From Flavihumibacter sp. (GTDB lineage: Bacteria; Bacteroidota; Bacteroidia; Chitinophagales; Chitinophagaceae): DNA of 64,000 nucleotides. Position numbers and translations under genes: made by a program. The notes beneath the pieces are model-generated. The model did no database searches and was not told the origin of the DNA. It worked only from the letters and a program-made list of their open reading frames with translations. Location: positions 104,071-168,070 of the forward strand of contig NZ_JAKFDQ010000016.1 of NCBI RefSeq assembly GCF_036676075.1, written 5' to 3'. Shown piece after piece: positions 47,068-57,038 of the stretch; the stretch's first letter is position 1, and each line of letters begins with the position of its first letter.

Positions 47068-47940
47068 ATGAAGAAAAAAACCAGTTTTTCAACAAAAGGC
47101 CATAGAGCCGATATCGGCGACTTAACAATCTATAGAATACTAGCAAACAGATATGCAGATGCCGTTGGCCCATTTGTATTTCTGGACCATTTAGTTCCAC
47201 AAATTCCCTCATCCTCCATGATGAAAGGAACTGGTGCTCACCCCCATCGTGGAATAGCTACATTAAGTTATATTTTAGAAGGCGAAGATGAGCATTTCGA
47301 TAGCGCAGGAAATTATGCGAAAGTTTATTCCGGAGGTATTCAATGGATGAAAGCCGGAAATGGAATTATTCATGATGAGACGCTGAATGCAGACTCACGC
47401 ACAGGAAATAACTATATCCATGGTTTTCAATTTTGGATTAATCTTCCTTCTAAGAATAAAGCTGAAAAGCCGGAATACTTAGCGATCCAAAATAATGAAG
47501 TTCCAAAGAAAAAATTATCTGATGATGGTGGTTTTATAAAAGTGATAGTGGGTAATTACGAAGATTTGAATGCTATAATTCCAAATTATTCTAAGCAGTT
47601 TTTATATCATATTCAACTTCAGCCGGGCAAAAACATCAGCTTTTTTATTGAGGAAAAAATAGAGGTTGCCGCATTCCTGCCAGCTAAAAATGCGACGCTT
47701 AACGATGTTGAATTCCATGGAGGAGAGTTTGTAGAATTTGACAGAAATGCTGGTGAGATAGTTATTGAAAACAAACTGCAGGAAACTACCGACATCATTC
47801 TGTTTGGAGGAGAACCTTATACAGAGTCTATTGTGGCCGAAGGCCCTTTCGTGATGAACAGTTCTGCTGAAATAGCAGAAGCCTACCGCGACTTTCATGC
47901 CGGTAAATACGGCAAAATCGATTATGATAAAAGTGAATAA
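47068..47940 (+). CDS. pirin-family protein; start revised
   Basis: GPFVFLDH, HPHRG, WMKAGNGIIHDE, FQFWINLP, GPFVMN. Confidence 0.92.
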   Translation: MKKKTSFSTKGHRADIGDLTIYRILANRYADAVGPFVFLDHLVPQIPSSSMMKGTGAHPHRGIATLSYILEGEDEHFDSAGNYAKVYSGGIQWMKAGNGIIHDETLNADSRTGNNYIHGFQFWINLPSKNKAEKPEYLAIQNNEVPKKKLSDDGGFIKVIVGNYEDLNAIIPNYSKQFLYHIQLQPGKNISFFIEEKIEVAAFLPAKNATLNDVEFHGGEFVEFDRNAGEIVIENKLQETTDIILFGGEPYTESIVAEGPFVMNSSAEIAEAYRDFHAGKYGKIDYDKSE

Positions 47941-47959
47941 ACAAATTAAAAATATTGAA

Positions 47960-48823
47960 ATGGACAAGAAGATTGTATTGATTACAGGAACCAATAGTGG
48001 TTTTGGATGGCTTACCGCCCATAGTGTAGCCGCATCAGGACATAAAGTTTATGCTACTATGCGGCACACTAATGGGAAGAATGCCGATAAAGCAGAAGCC
48101 TTATCCCAGGTAAAGAATATAACTGTTTTAGATGTTTCGTTAACTGATGAAACAAGCGTCAAAAATGCTTTTGATACCATTATAGCAAAGGAGGGAACGA
48201 TAGATGTATTGGTAAACAATGCAGGTGGAGCGATGTTTGGTGTTGCTGAAAGTTCTACAACGGAAGATGTGCAGCGGATGCTTGATATCAATATGATCGC
48301 CCCCTGGAGATTGATGAAATTGGCAATACCCTATATGCGTAAACAATCAGAAGGTTTGATCATAAATATCTCGAGTGGCTGGGGTAGATTTTCCGCTCCT
48401 TTTGCTGTTGTATATGCCGCTTCAAAATTCGGTCTGGAAGGTTTGAGCGAAGGTTTACACTATGAACTACGGCCGTTGGGCGTTGATGTAACCATTATTC
48501 AACCCGGTGCCTTTCCTACTGAAATGTCTCAGAAGATCCAGTTTGGATCCGACACATCAGTTGTTGATGAATATAAAGCGATAGCAGATGTTCCTGGTAA
48601 AATGGGTACTGCCCGTGATCAAATGTTTGAAACTGCAAATCCTGATCCACAGGATGTTGCAGATGCCGTGGTGAAGCTGATCAATATGCCTAAAGGACAA
48701 AGGCCACTAAGAACAGTTGTTGACCCAACTACAGGAGAGTTTATCAAAAGGGCTAATGAGGCTGTAAACGTTGAGTATGGAAATATTTTAACAGCATTTG
48801 GGATGAAAGGCTTGTTAAACTAA
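47960..48823 (+). CDS. short-chain dehydrogenase; start revised
   Basis: TGTNSGFG, NNAG, YAASK. Confidence 0.92.
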   Translation: MDKKIVLITGTNSGFGWLTAHSVAASGHKVYATMRHTNGKNADKAEALSQVKNITVLDVSLTDETSVKNAFDTIIAKEGTIDVLVNNAGGAMFGVAESSTTEDVQRMLDINMIAPWRLMKLAIPYMRKQSEGLIINISSGWGRFSAPFAVVYAASKFGLEGLSEGLHYELRPLGVDVTIIQPGAFPTEMSQKIQFGSDTSVVDEYKAIADVPGKMGTARDQMFETANPDPQDVADAVVKLINMPKGQRPLRTVVDPTTGEFIKRANEAVNVEYGNILTAFGMKGLLN

Positions 48824-48860
48824 ATCGGCATTTAGATCGTCACAAAACATTTAAAGTAAT

Positions 48861-49256
48861 ATGAAAATGAGCAATAAAGAAATTGTGTTGAAGGCAATGA
48901 ATGAGTTGTTTCACGAAAAAGACAGCAGGGCCATAGAACGATATTGGCATGAATCTTATGTGCAGCACAATCCATCGATGATAAATGGCCACGAGGGACT
49001 TAGAAATCTTCTGCCCATGTTAGATTCAAACTTTAAGTGGCAGCCAGGTATCATAGTTGAGGAAAACAATATTGTGATTACACATAGTCTCGTACATGGA
49101 TGGGGCCCGGTGCAAGTTATTGTTGTGGATATTTTCCGCATTGAAGATGGAAAAATTGCAGAGCATTGGGATGTTGTACAGGAAGAAACCCCGGCTTTGA
49201 AATCTGCGAGTGGAAATGTTATGACATCTTTCAATGTATTAACCAATGAAAAGTAA
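48861..49256 (+). CDS. SnoaL-like ester cyclase/NTF2 protein
   Basis: YVQHNP, VDIFRIEDGKIAEHWDV. Confidence 0.88.
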   Translation: MKMSNKEIVLKAMNELFHEKDSRAIERYWHESYVQHNPSMINGHEGLRNLLPMLDSNFKWQPGIIVEENNIVITHSLVHGWGPVQVIVVDIFRIEDGKIAEHWDVVQEETPALKSASGNVMTSFNVLTNEK

Positions 49257-49560
49257 ATTAACAGGCAATAGGTACAAAATGGATGTGGGTGTTCTGAAAA
49301 CAGAACTCTATTTCGAATCAGATGAAGCTATGGTTTTTACTGTTTTAGAAGGAGGGGAGTTAACAAAAAATGGCTATTCCGAAAGAGTGGAAACAGTAAT
49401 AGCTGAAATACGTCCACAGGTGTATATGGTAGCATGGAAAGAAATTTCAGGTGCTACGGTAACGCATGTTGAAGACCATGAAAATGGAATTATTTATAGT
49501 AATGCCACATTGCCCGATGGTAGTTTTTATACGCTGAAGGGGTCCATACAACAAATTTAA
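49246..49560 (+). CDS. MoaF-like domain protein
   Basis: VYMVAWKE.SGATVTHVED pattern. Confidence 0.7.
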   Translation: MKSKLTGNRYKMDVGVLKTELYFESDEAMVFTVLEGGELTKNGYSERVETVIAEIRPQVYMVAWKEISGATVTHVEDHENGIIYSNATLPDGSFYTLKGSIQQI

Positions 49561-49574
49561 AAAGAAATATAATT

Positions 49575-49859
49575 ATGGAAATACTATTAAAAGAAGAAAG
49601 CAGCAAAGGCTTTGCGATGGCAAGATATAATAATGAACGCGCAGGGATGATGACCTATTCCATAGCATCAGCAGAATTGATCATCATAGATCATACAGAA
49701 GTTGAGCCGGCTTACAATGGTAAAGGCGTGGGCAAACAGATGCTCTATAAAATTGTAGAAATGGCAAGAGAGAAAAATATCAAAATCATCCCTTTGTGCC
49801 CGTTTGCAGCATCTGTGTTCAGGAAAGCAGTTGATATTAAAGACGTATTGAAAAATTAA
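49575..49859 (+). CDS. YjdJ-like GNAT acetyltransferase
   Basis: IIDHTEV...GKGVG...IIPLCPF. Confidence 0.88.
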   Translation: MEILLKEESSKGFAMARYNNERAGMMTYSIASAELIIIDHTEVEPAYNGKGVGKQMLYKIVEMAREKNIKIIPLCPFAASVFRKAVDIKDVLKN

Positions 49860-49861
49860 TC

Positions 49862-50080
49862 ATGGCAATGGAAACGATCAAATATTATCAGAAAGACAAT
49901 TTGACAATAATCTGGGAGCCGAAAAAATGCATCCATTCAGGCGTATGTGTAAGAACGTTACCAAAGGTTTACGATCCAAAAGGAACGCCTTGGATTAATA
50001 CAGATAATGCTTCGGTAGTGGCCTTAAAGCGTCAGATTGATGCTTGCCCATCCGGAGCATTAAGTTATATCGTTCCATAG
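49862..50080 (+). CDS. YjdI-like divergent 4Fe-4S protein
   Basis: CIHSGVC...PWI...CPSGALSY. Confidence 0.88.
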   Translation: MAMETIKYYQKDNLTIIWEPKKCIHSGVCVRTLPKVYDPKGTPWINTDNASVVALKRQIDACPSGALSYIVP

Positions 50081-50147
50081 CTAATTCCGTTTACGCAGGC
50101 TTTGCTGGAAAATCAAAAGTGTATTCCTAACCAATTATCAGAATAGT

Positions 50148-51197
50148 ATGAAACAGATCAGCATATCGGTAACAACAATTTTATTCTTTTTATTCAATTT
50201 AAATTCAAACATCATGGCACAAGCAATCGCCGGTGAAAAAGATCCGAATATCTCAAAACATACCCGTGAATTTTTGAAAGCACTAAACAGTGGAGATGGT
50301 CCGCCCTTGGAAAAATTATCACCCAGGGATGCCCGTCAGGTTCTGGTGAATGCACAAAATTCAGTATCCTATGACTACAGTGATATTGAAGAGTCAGAAC
50401 GAACCATTACCCAGGATGGCCATACAATCACCATTCATGTTGTGAAACCCAAAGGAGCCAAAGACAATCTTCCCGTATTCATGTTTTTCCATGGTGGTGG
50501 TTGGGTACTCGGTGATTACCCAACGCATAAACGTTTAGTAAGGGATTTAGTGGTGAAAAGCGGAGCGGTAGCCGTGTTCCCCGATTATACTCCTACACCC
50601 GATGCTCAATTTCCAGTAGCTATCAACCAGGCTTATGCGGCTACTAAATGGGTTGCAGAAAATGGAAAGGTTATAGGCGTTGATGGTTCCCGGTTGGCGG
50701 TTGCAGGTAACAGTGTGGGAGGAAATATGTCCACCGTAGTTGCCTTAATGGCCAAAGAGAAAAAGGGACCTAAGCTGGCCTTTCAACTTCTGCTCTGGCC
50801 GCTTATTGATGCAGACATGAGCCGTCCTTCTTATACGAAATTTGCACAGGGCAGATTCTTGACCACGTCCACAATGAAATGGATGTGGGATATGTATATT
50901 CCTAATCCTGAAGACCGCAAACAAAAATACGTTTCTCCAATTAATGCTACTCTGGAAGAATTAAAGGGATTGCCACCCGCATTAATTCAGGTTGCCGAAA
51001 ATGACATCTTGTATGATGAAGGAATTGCCTATGGCCGCAAACTGGATGAAGCAGGTGTAGCCACCACTGTTACAGTATATACAGGAATGATTCACGACTA
51101 TGGAATGTTGAATCCCTTATCACATATTCCGGGTGTGCAGGAAGCATTAAGTCAGGCTTCAGCTTTATTGCGCGAAGCTTTGTTCCGGAACCCTTAA
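50148..51197 (+). CDS. HSL-family alpha/beta hydrolase (esterase)
   Basis: HGGGW, GNSVGG, DILYDEG, GMIHDY. Confidence 0.9.
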   Translation: MKQISISVTTILFFLFNLNSNIMAQAIAGEKDPNISKHTREFLKALNSGDGPPLEKLSPRDARQVLVNAQNSVSYDYSDIEESERTITQDGHTITIHVVKPKGAKDNLPVFMFFHGGGWVLGDYPTHKRLVRDLVVKSGAVAVFPDYTPTPDAQFPVAINQAYAATKWVAENGKVIGVDGSRLAVAGNSVGGNMSTVVALMAKEKKGPKLAFQLLLWPLIDADMSRPSYTKFAQGRFLTTSTMKWMWDMYIPNPEDRKQKYVSPINATLEELKGLPPALIQVAENDILYDEGIAYGRKLDEAGVATTVTVYTGMIHDYGMLNPLSHIPGVQEALSQASALLREALFRNP

Positions 51198-51348
51198 ATA
51201 TATTTTTATGATGGCAGCAGTATTATATGAATTCGGGTCGTATGACAGTTTCAATAGAGGTTGAGCATTAAATGCTTTCTTAAGACTGGTAGATGAACCT
51301 AAAGAGTATTTGACAGAGTAGCAAACATTAATTGAAAATGAAAGTAAA

Positions 51349-52218
51349 ATGCAACAAATTAAATACAGGTCATTAGATGTAAATGGAGTGAACATCGCAT
51401 ATCGTGAAGCTGGAAACATCAAAAAGCCAACAATAGTATTGCTGCATGGTTACCCTTCATCTTCCCATCAGTACAGAAAACTATTGAATCAACTTTCAGA
51501 TGAATTCCATCTGATAGCGCCTGATTACCCGGGATTCGGAAACAGTGACTTTCCATCCCCCGAAGAATACGAATACACATTTGATAATATTGCGGCAACT
51601 AGGAATGCATTTTTAGAGTTAAAATGCATTACTTCTTATGCTATAATGATGCAGGATTATGGTGCCCCTATTGGATTCAGAATCGCAACCATGCATCCGG
51701 AAAGGGTAACCGCAATAATCAATCAAAATGGCAATGCTTATGAGGAAGGGCTTGGAAAAGGATGGGCACCTATTAAAGCATTATGGGCCAATAGAAATGA
51801 AAGTACTGAAAAGGCCTTATTACCTGCCTTTACATTAGAAGGTTTAAAATGGCAATATACCCACGGAACCAGAAACCCTGAAAATGTAAATCCTGATTCC
51901 TGGCATTTGGATTACCTCAGAATGAGCCGTCCTGATGCCCATAAGGTAAATATAGATCTGTGGTATGATTACCGGAATAATGTAAAATTATACCCCCAAT
52001 GGCAACAATACCTGAGAAAACATCAACCCCCCATGTTAATTGTATGGGGTAAGAATGATGAATACTTTCCCGAAACTGGTGCAGAAGCTTTTAAGAAAGA
52101 TCTCGATAATATCGACTATAATATATACGATACCGGGCATTTTGCTTTAGAAGAAGAAGGGGATGAGATCATTGAAAAGATCAGGGCTTTTATGGCAAAT
52201 GTTTATAAGGCAAACTAG
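51349..52218 (+). CDS. epoxide-hydrolase-like alpha/beta hydrolase
   Basis: LLHGYP, PDYPGFG, QDYG nucleophile, TGHFALE. Confidence 0.9.
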   Translation: MQQIKYRSLDVNGVNIAYREAGNIKKPTIVLLHGYPSSSHQYRKLLNQLSDEFHLIAPDYPGFGNSDFPSPEEYEYTFDNIAATRNAFLELKCITSYAIMMQDYGAPIGFRIATMHPERVTAIINQNGNAYEEGLGKGWAPIKALWANRNESTEKALLPAFTLEGLKWQYTHGTRNPENVNPDSWHLDYLRMSRPDAHKVNIDLWYDYRNNVKLYPQWQQYLRKHQPPMLIVWGKNDEYFPETGAEAFKKDLDNIDYNIYDTGHFALEEEGDEIIEKIRAFMANVYKAN

Positions 52219-52223
52219 TTGTA

Positions 52224-52661
52224 ATGGAAATCAAAACACAAATCACCATCAATGCCACGCCTGATAAAGTTTGGGCAGTGTTAACAGATTTTGAAAACTA
52301 TACCAATTGGAATCCATTTATTAAAAGCATCACTGGGAAACCTATAGTTGGTAGTCAAATTGCAGTAAGCATTGTACCGCCACAAGGTAAGAGCATGACA
52401 TTCAGTCCAACTGTGTTAGTGTTTGAGCGAAACAGAGAGTTTCGCTGGATAGGCAGATTATTATTTAAAGGTGTATTTGACGGAGAGCATAAGTTTGAAC
52501 TCATTGATAACGGAAACGGGATAACTCTCTTTAATCATAGTGAAACGTTTAAAGGGATCCTGGTAGGCTTATTCAAAAAACAACTTGAAACCAATACCAG
52601 GAAAGGCTTTGAACTGATGAATGAAAGCTTAAAGAAAATTGTGGAAAGCAGTAATAGATAG
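52224..52661 (+). CDS. SRPBCC (polyketide cyclase-like) protein
   Basis: VWAVLTDFENY..WNPFI, FDGEHKF, MNESLK. Confidence 0.88.
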   Translation: MEIKTQITINATPDKVWAVLTDFENYTNWNPFIKSITGKPIVGSQIAVSIVPPQGKSMTFSPTVLVFERNREFRWIGRLLFKGVFDGEHKFELIDNGNGITLFNHSETFKGILVGLFKKQLETNTRKGFELMNESLKKIVESSNR

Positions 52662-52738
52662 CAATTACTGAAATGAGATAATCATCTTCTTATCCATTTA
52701 ATAAATGTGATGTATTCATAAAATAAAAAGTCGAGAAT

Positions 52739-53128
52739 ATGGAAAAACGTGTAATTAACCCCTGGACCTGGCAAAAAGAACGTAGTTACAACCAGGCGGT
52801 AGAAGTAAAGAATGTAACAGGAACCCTCTATGTTTCCGGGCAAACCGCCATCAATGATAAAGGCGAATCAAGTACCGCTGATATGAAAACTCAACTGGAG
52901 TTGGCGATTGAGAATCTGGAGAAAGTAGTTACTGAAGCGGGTTATGATTGCAAAAATATTGTACGCCTTAATATTTACACCACATCCACCAAAGATCTTT
53001 GGCCGCATTTTAGCATACTCCAAAATTGGGTGGAAAAACACGGAATGGAACAGGCTTTGACGTTATTGGAGGTTGTAAGTCTTTTTGAAACCTTAACTGT
53101 TGAGCTCGAGGCAACTGTTGTAAAGTAG
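52739..53128 (+). CDS. RidA/YjgF-family protein
   Basis: LYVSGQ...VELEATVV. Confidence 0.85.
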   Translation: MEKRVINPWTWQKERSYNQAVEVKNVTGTLYVSGQTAINDKGESSTADMKTQLELAIENLEKVVTEAGYDCKNIVRLNIYTTSTKDLWPHFSILQNWVEKHGMEQALTLLEVVSLFETLTVELEATVVK

Positions 53129-53216
53129 TTGATAAAAAGCTCATGATCTTGTAATGAGGGGTGGGCTGACCAATAGAAGCGAATGAATAGTCATCAGTGA
53201 AAATTACGTAAGTATT

Positions 53217-53702
53217 TTATTGAACCCGCTTGTATATGAAATCAGCCTTCTTCATCCATTCCCCATTATTTACGGCTGCTTCTTCTACAAAATGAAGATT
53301 TTTGTCAATTGGAGTAATCGTAATTCTCCATTTTGTGGTTTTTTCTGGAATTATTCGCTGACCTTCAAAAATGAAATGATCTGTTTCCCACCTTCCTCTT
53401 AGCGTTCTTGAATTGCCGGAAGTGTAAAGCCCATAATAAATATATGTTTTCTCGAGCGGGGAATAGGACAGATAACTTACAGAACTATCAACACCTTCTT
53501 TCTCTTTCGAAGCAGATATGCATTGAATATGGTTTCCTTGTATCCTGTCACAAATTTCCAGGTAAGTGGCTTCACTTCCTTCAACCGTCCAGTGACCCTG
53601 GAAAACGCTAAGTCTTTGTTGCTCTGGGAGCACCGTTTTTTCCTGGGCCTGCACTCCCATCCAAAAGAATAAAATATATGATAAAGTGAAAAACAGGTTC
53701 AT
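53217..53702 (-). CDS. exported beta-barrel protein (DUF1579-like)
   Basis: Signal peptide, GHWTVEG, beta-rich; starts 25 nt after a core site. Confidence 0.6.
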   Translation of the reverse strand: MNLFFTLSYILFFWMGVQAQEKTVLPEQQRLSVFQGHWTVEGSEATYLEICDRIQGNHIQCISASKEKEGVDSSVSYLSYSPLEKTYIYYGLYTSGNSRTLRGRWETDHFIFEGQRIIPEKTTKWRITITPIDKNLHFVEEAAVNNGEWMKKADFIYKRVQ

Positions 53703-53727
53703 TTTATAAACATTTAAGGGATGAATT

Positions 53728-53925
53728 ACTGGTAACGAGTCGGGCTATATGCAGGTTGGGAATTAGTATTCCGTCTGCCGATAACCGCCGATGATTGAAA
53801 ATATGTTGATGAAGTTATGTACAAAAGCTGATAGTTATTCGTCTGCTGGAACTGAAGCTGGGATTTGCAATTGGTTGATGTTACAATGTCAAGCCCAACT
53901 TGCACAAAACCCAATGTTAGCTGTG
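53728..53925 (-). mobile_element. attC-like hairpin site 1
   Basis: Plus-strand ACTGGTAAC-GAGTC-GGGCTATATGCAGGTTGGG ... CCCAACTTGCACAAAACCC-AAT-GTTAGCTGTG: imperfect inverted arms with unpaired extra bases. The AraC stop codon lies inside the core. Confidence 0.7.
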
Positions 53926-54726
53926 GTTTTTCTCGATTGCTGATGGGTTCACCCCAAATTTTGATTTAAACGTTCTTGAAAAATGAGAGAAGTTTACAAA
54001 GCCAACGTCAAAGTAAACGTCTGTCGGCTTTTGGTGTTTTTTAGAAATTAAAAAGTGTGCTAAGTCAAGCCGTTTTTTAATCAGCCATTTGTTAGGTGTC
54101 TCGTTAAATATGGCTTGAAAATCTCTTTTAAAAGTTGAAATACTACGTCCTGTCAACGTTGCAAATTTTTCTAATGGAATGTTGTGCATATAGTTCTTGT
54201 TCATATATGCTTCTAAATCAATTTTGAAGTCTGTGTCAAAATTGAAAAGTATGTTTTGCATTGAAGTCTTTTTAAGCAATAGTTCTATCACTTCAATGGT
54301 TTTGATTGTCGCTAAATTGTTGGTTAGAGCATCTGGATTTTCAAAGTAAGGAATCAAAGAGTCAAAATAACCTTTTAGAAAAGAATCATGAGGAAACACA
54401 AAACTTGGCTTTCCTGTGTAGTTTCCCCTCGGAATAATATTATGCTCTTTAGAATAATTGTATAAGATTTCTTTTGGTAGTAAAATGCTAATGCTCATAA
54501 AGGGCTTATTATCCTGAGGTATTTTTTGGATTTTTAAAAGCTGATTTTTGGAAATAAAAGCCATTTCACTTTTATTAAATGTTATTTCTACAAGACCGTC
54601 ATTGATTATCAACTTACCGTTTAAAATAAATGACAAGGCATGGTCTTCAACAAAAGGTTCAAAATCTTTTCTTGCCTCACCCGTGCAGGAGAATAAAATA
54701 TTATCTTTTGTTCTGTCTTTAATCAT
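53917..54726 (-). CDS. AraC-family regulator
   Basis: GRSISTFKRDF and VGFVNFSHFSRTFK HTH motifs. Confidence 0.92.
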   Translation of the reverse strand: MIKDRTKDNILFSCTGEARKDFEPFVEDHALSFILNGKLIINDGLVEITFNKSEMAFISKNQLLKIQKIPQDNKPFMSISILLPKEILYNYSKEHNIIPRGNYTGKPSFVFPHDSFLKGYFDSLIPYFENPDALTNNLATIKTIEVIELLLKKTSMQNILFNFDTDFKIDLEAYMNKNYMHNIPLEKFATLTGRSISTFKRDFQAIFNETPNKWLIKKRLDLAHFLISKKHQKPTDVYFDVGFVNFSHFSRTFKSKFGVNPSAIEKNHS

Positions 54727-54727
54727 T

Positions 54728-55237
54728 TTATTGATTTTGCTGAGTGTAATTGATTATTTGTTTGTAGTAAATAGCTGAACGTTCTTTTGAAAAATAATCA
54801 ATTACCATAAATGCGAAACCGAATACAGTTAATGCAATAGCAATGGCATGTAAATGATGATTTTTCATAAAGCCTAAAAAAACTACTGCTATAACAAAAC
54901 AAACAGCACTAATGCTAAGAGAAAGAGGATAGAGATATTGAAAATCTTCCACTCTTTTTTTTTCAGCTGTCACAAACTCACCAATATTTTCTTTGCTGGC
55001 TTGTACAACCGTTGCCATTGTCTTTTGATTTGAATAACCCATTGAGCCGCCAATGGCAATAAATATTAGTCCAACAATCAGCATAGGAATAAATAATGAT
55101 TTTGAATTGAGTGTACTTCCAAAATATCGGAACAAGGAAGCAACAAGGATTGTCGCCACTCCAAAAGCAAGAATAAATTTCGCTTCAAAAATTTCTCCTT
55201 TATACCAGTTTAAAGTGTGTTCTATCATTTTATTCAC
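54728..55237 (-). CDS. four-TM membrane protein
   Basis: Hydrophobic segments; located between the SDR and AraC genes. Confidence 0.7.
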   Translation of the reverse strand: MNKMIEHTLNWYKGEIFEAKFILAFGVATILVASLFRYFGSTLNSKSLFIPMLIVGLIFIAIGGSMGYSNQKTMATVVQASKENIGEFVTAEKKRVEDFQYLYPLSLSISAVCFVIAVVFLGFMKNHHLHAIAIALTVFGFAFMVIDYFSKERSAIYYKQIINYTQQNQ

Positions 55238-55257
55238 AGTTATTGAATTATAAATTT

Positions 55258-55290
55258 AAAAAAGTCTGCCTAAATAATAGGGCAGACATT
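55258..55290 (-). terminator. intrinsic terminator after the SDR gene
   Basis: GTCTGCCCTA-TTATT-TAGGCAGAC followed by a T-run on the minus strand. Confidence 0.6.
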
Positions 55291-55308
55291 TAAATGGCTT
55301 TTGCTTAT

Positions 55309-56055
55309 TTATTTTGCGTTGTAACCACCATCAATACTCAATACAGTTCCTGTCATAAATTGATTCTCATCGGAAGCTAAAAAATAAATTCCCTTTGCAA
55401 TATCTTCAACTTCTCCCAAACGTTTCATTGGATGCAACGCTTCAATGCCTGAAACATCGTAAGTGCCCGAAGCGATAGCATTTTTCAAAATGTCGGTTTT
55501 GATAGCCCCTGGTGCAACTGCATTTACACGAATGCCTTGTGTCGCATAATCAAGTGCTGCACCTTTTGTCAAACCGACAACCGCATGTTTGGAAGCATTG
55601 TATTGTGCAGTACTTACCAACCCATTCAAACCTGCGATTGATGCAAGATTTACAATTGTTCCGCCTCCCGTTTTCAACATTGCCTTTATAGCATGTTTCA
55701 TACCGTAATAAACTCCCATTACATTAGTTTCCAGCATTTGTTTTAACTCGTCAGATTCTGTGTCTGCCAATAAAGCGTTGCCTAAAGAAATTCCTGAATT
55801 GTTTACAATAGAATCAAGTTTGCCGAATTTTTCAACTGTTTTTTCAATTACAGTTTTTACTTGTTCTTCATTAGTTACGTCCAAAGAGAAAAATGTTACC
55901 GAAGCTCCATTTTTTTCAAAGTCTTTTAGTACTTCTGCTTCTTTGTTTGCATTTCTGCTTGTTACAATAACGTTGTATCCATTTTTAGCAAATAGTATTG
56001 CTGTTGCTTTACCGATACCGGTTGTTCCGCCTGTAATAATTACTGTCTTTTTCAT
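55309..56055 (-). CDS. short-chain dehydrogenase (glucose 1-dehydrogenase-like)
   Basis: TGGTTGIG, NNSG, YNASK, IDGG. Confidence 0.92.
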   Translation of the reverse strand: MKKTVIITGGTTGIGKATAILFAKNGYNVIVTSRNANKEAEVLKDFEKNGASVTFFSLDVTNEEQVKTVIEKTVEKFGKLDSIVNNSGISLGNALLADTESDELKQMLETNVMGVYYGMKHAIKAMLKTGGGTIVNLASIAGLNGLVSTAQYNASKHAVVGLTKGAALDYATQGIRVNAVAPGAIKTDILKNAIASGTYDVSGIEALHPMKRLGEVEDIAKGIYFLASDENQFMTGTVLSIDGGYNAK

Positions 56056-56080
56056 ATTCTGTTTTTTTAATTGTACAGGG

Positions 56081-56088
56081 CAAAGGTA
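56081..56088 (-). promoter_or_regulatory. Bacteroidota -7 promoter box TACCTTTG
   Basis: Matches TAnnTTTG, about 25 nt upstream of the SDR start. Confidence 0.6.
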
Positions 56089-56164
56089 AAAAGAGAGTAA
56101 GTCGGGGATTTTTCTGTAAGGTTCAAATTACTGTCCTGTGAGGTCGTGTAGGGTATGCTAAAAT

Positions 56165-56264
56165 CACAGCTAACGTTAAAGTATTGGCGAAGGCGGGCGC
56201 ATTTGATTTTTTTCATCCACCTGGATGTTGGCAGCCCGCTTTTGCCAATACCATGTTGTAGGCA
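56165..56264 (-). mobile_element. attC-like hairpin site 2
   Basis: CACAGCTAAC-GTTAAA-GTATTGGCGAAGGCGGGC ... GCCCGCTTTTGCCAATAC-CAT-GTTGTAGGCA. Confidence 0.75.
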
Positions 56265-56270
56265 GTATTA

Positions 56271-56891
56271 TTATTTATATGTATTAGACCCATTAAAGTT
56301 TCTATTATAGATGTTTCTTAAAAAGAACACCCTCTTTTCGATCATCTCGAAATAATAGCTCCAACAATAAAGTCTAGAATTATGGTTTCCAAAGTCGTTC
56401 AAATCAAAAATGAATTCCTTCTCTTTAATAAAAAAATCAAGCCATTTTCTTTGCGAGTCAATTAGTTTTCTTTTCATTTCTGGCGTTAATACCGAAAGTG
56501 ACTTTTGATAGTACTTGTTAAGAAAATTGTCATACGCGTCCATATACTTTGAACCTTTCCAGTTCATACCCATTGTTGTCGTTGCCATTGAATATGATCC
56601 ATCATATTCGGATAAAAACTCATTAATCCTAATCGTGTCTTTCGCAAATTCAATTTCATCTAGTCTCTGTTCATCTGTCAAGGTTTCAAAATTGCTTTTA
56701 TTGTCAATTTTAAATTTTTCAAGTTTTTGCTTGATTATAGGTTCAATTCTCTTATTTATTTTCTGCTCAACTTCTGGTTTAAGTACTAAATAATTCAGTT
56801 TATCAACTTCAAAAATATCAGTAGTGTCAATTATTTGAGCCACACTTAATTGACAAATAAAGATGGATAGGATTAGTAAGGTTGGTTTCAT
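56271..56891 (-). CDS. exported LprI/DUF1311-domain protein
   Basis: Signal peptide; LNKYYQ...KLIDSQRKWLDF pattern; ATG 15 nt after a core site. Confidence 0.75.
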   Translation of the reverse strand: MKPTLLILSIFICQLSVAQIIDTTDIFEVDKLNYLVLKPEVEQKINKRIEPIIKQKLEKFKIDNKSNFETLTDEQRLDEIEFAKDTIRINEFLSEYDGSYSMATTTMGMNWKGSKYMDAYDNFLNKYYQKSLSVLTPEMKRKLIDSQRKWLDFFIKEKEFIFDLNDFGNHNSRLYCWSYYFEMIEKRVFFLRNIYNRNFNGSNTYK

Positions 56892-56905
56892 CGGGCTGTT
56901 AATAT

Positions 56906-56990
56906 TGCCTACAACGTTTGTATTAATGAAATATACGAAAATTAGGGACCATCAGAAATAGTTACGTTCATTTAATGAATGGTTTTTAGG
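56906..56990 (-). mobile_element. decayed attC-like site 3 (one intact core)
   Basis: TGCCTACAAC at 56906-56915 is the exact inverse of 56255-56264. The partner arm is only weakly complementary. Confidence 0.45.
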
Positions 56991-57038
56991 AATATTTGGT
57001 AATGATTTCTGCAAACTGGAAAAGCTAGTATTGCTGAT

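Noticed and set aside
53129-53216. Closing core (inverse of ACTGGTAAC) for the 53217-53702 gene
   Set aside because: It was not found, so this gene cannot be called a complete cassette.
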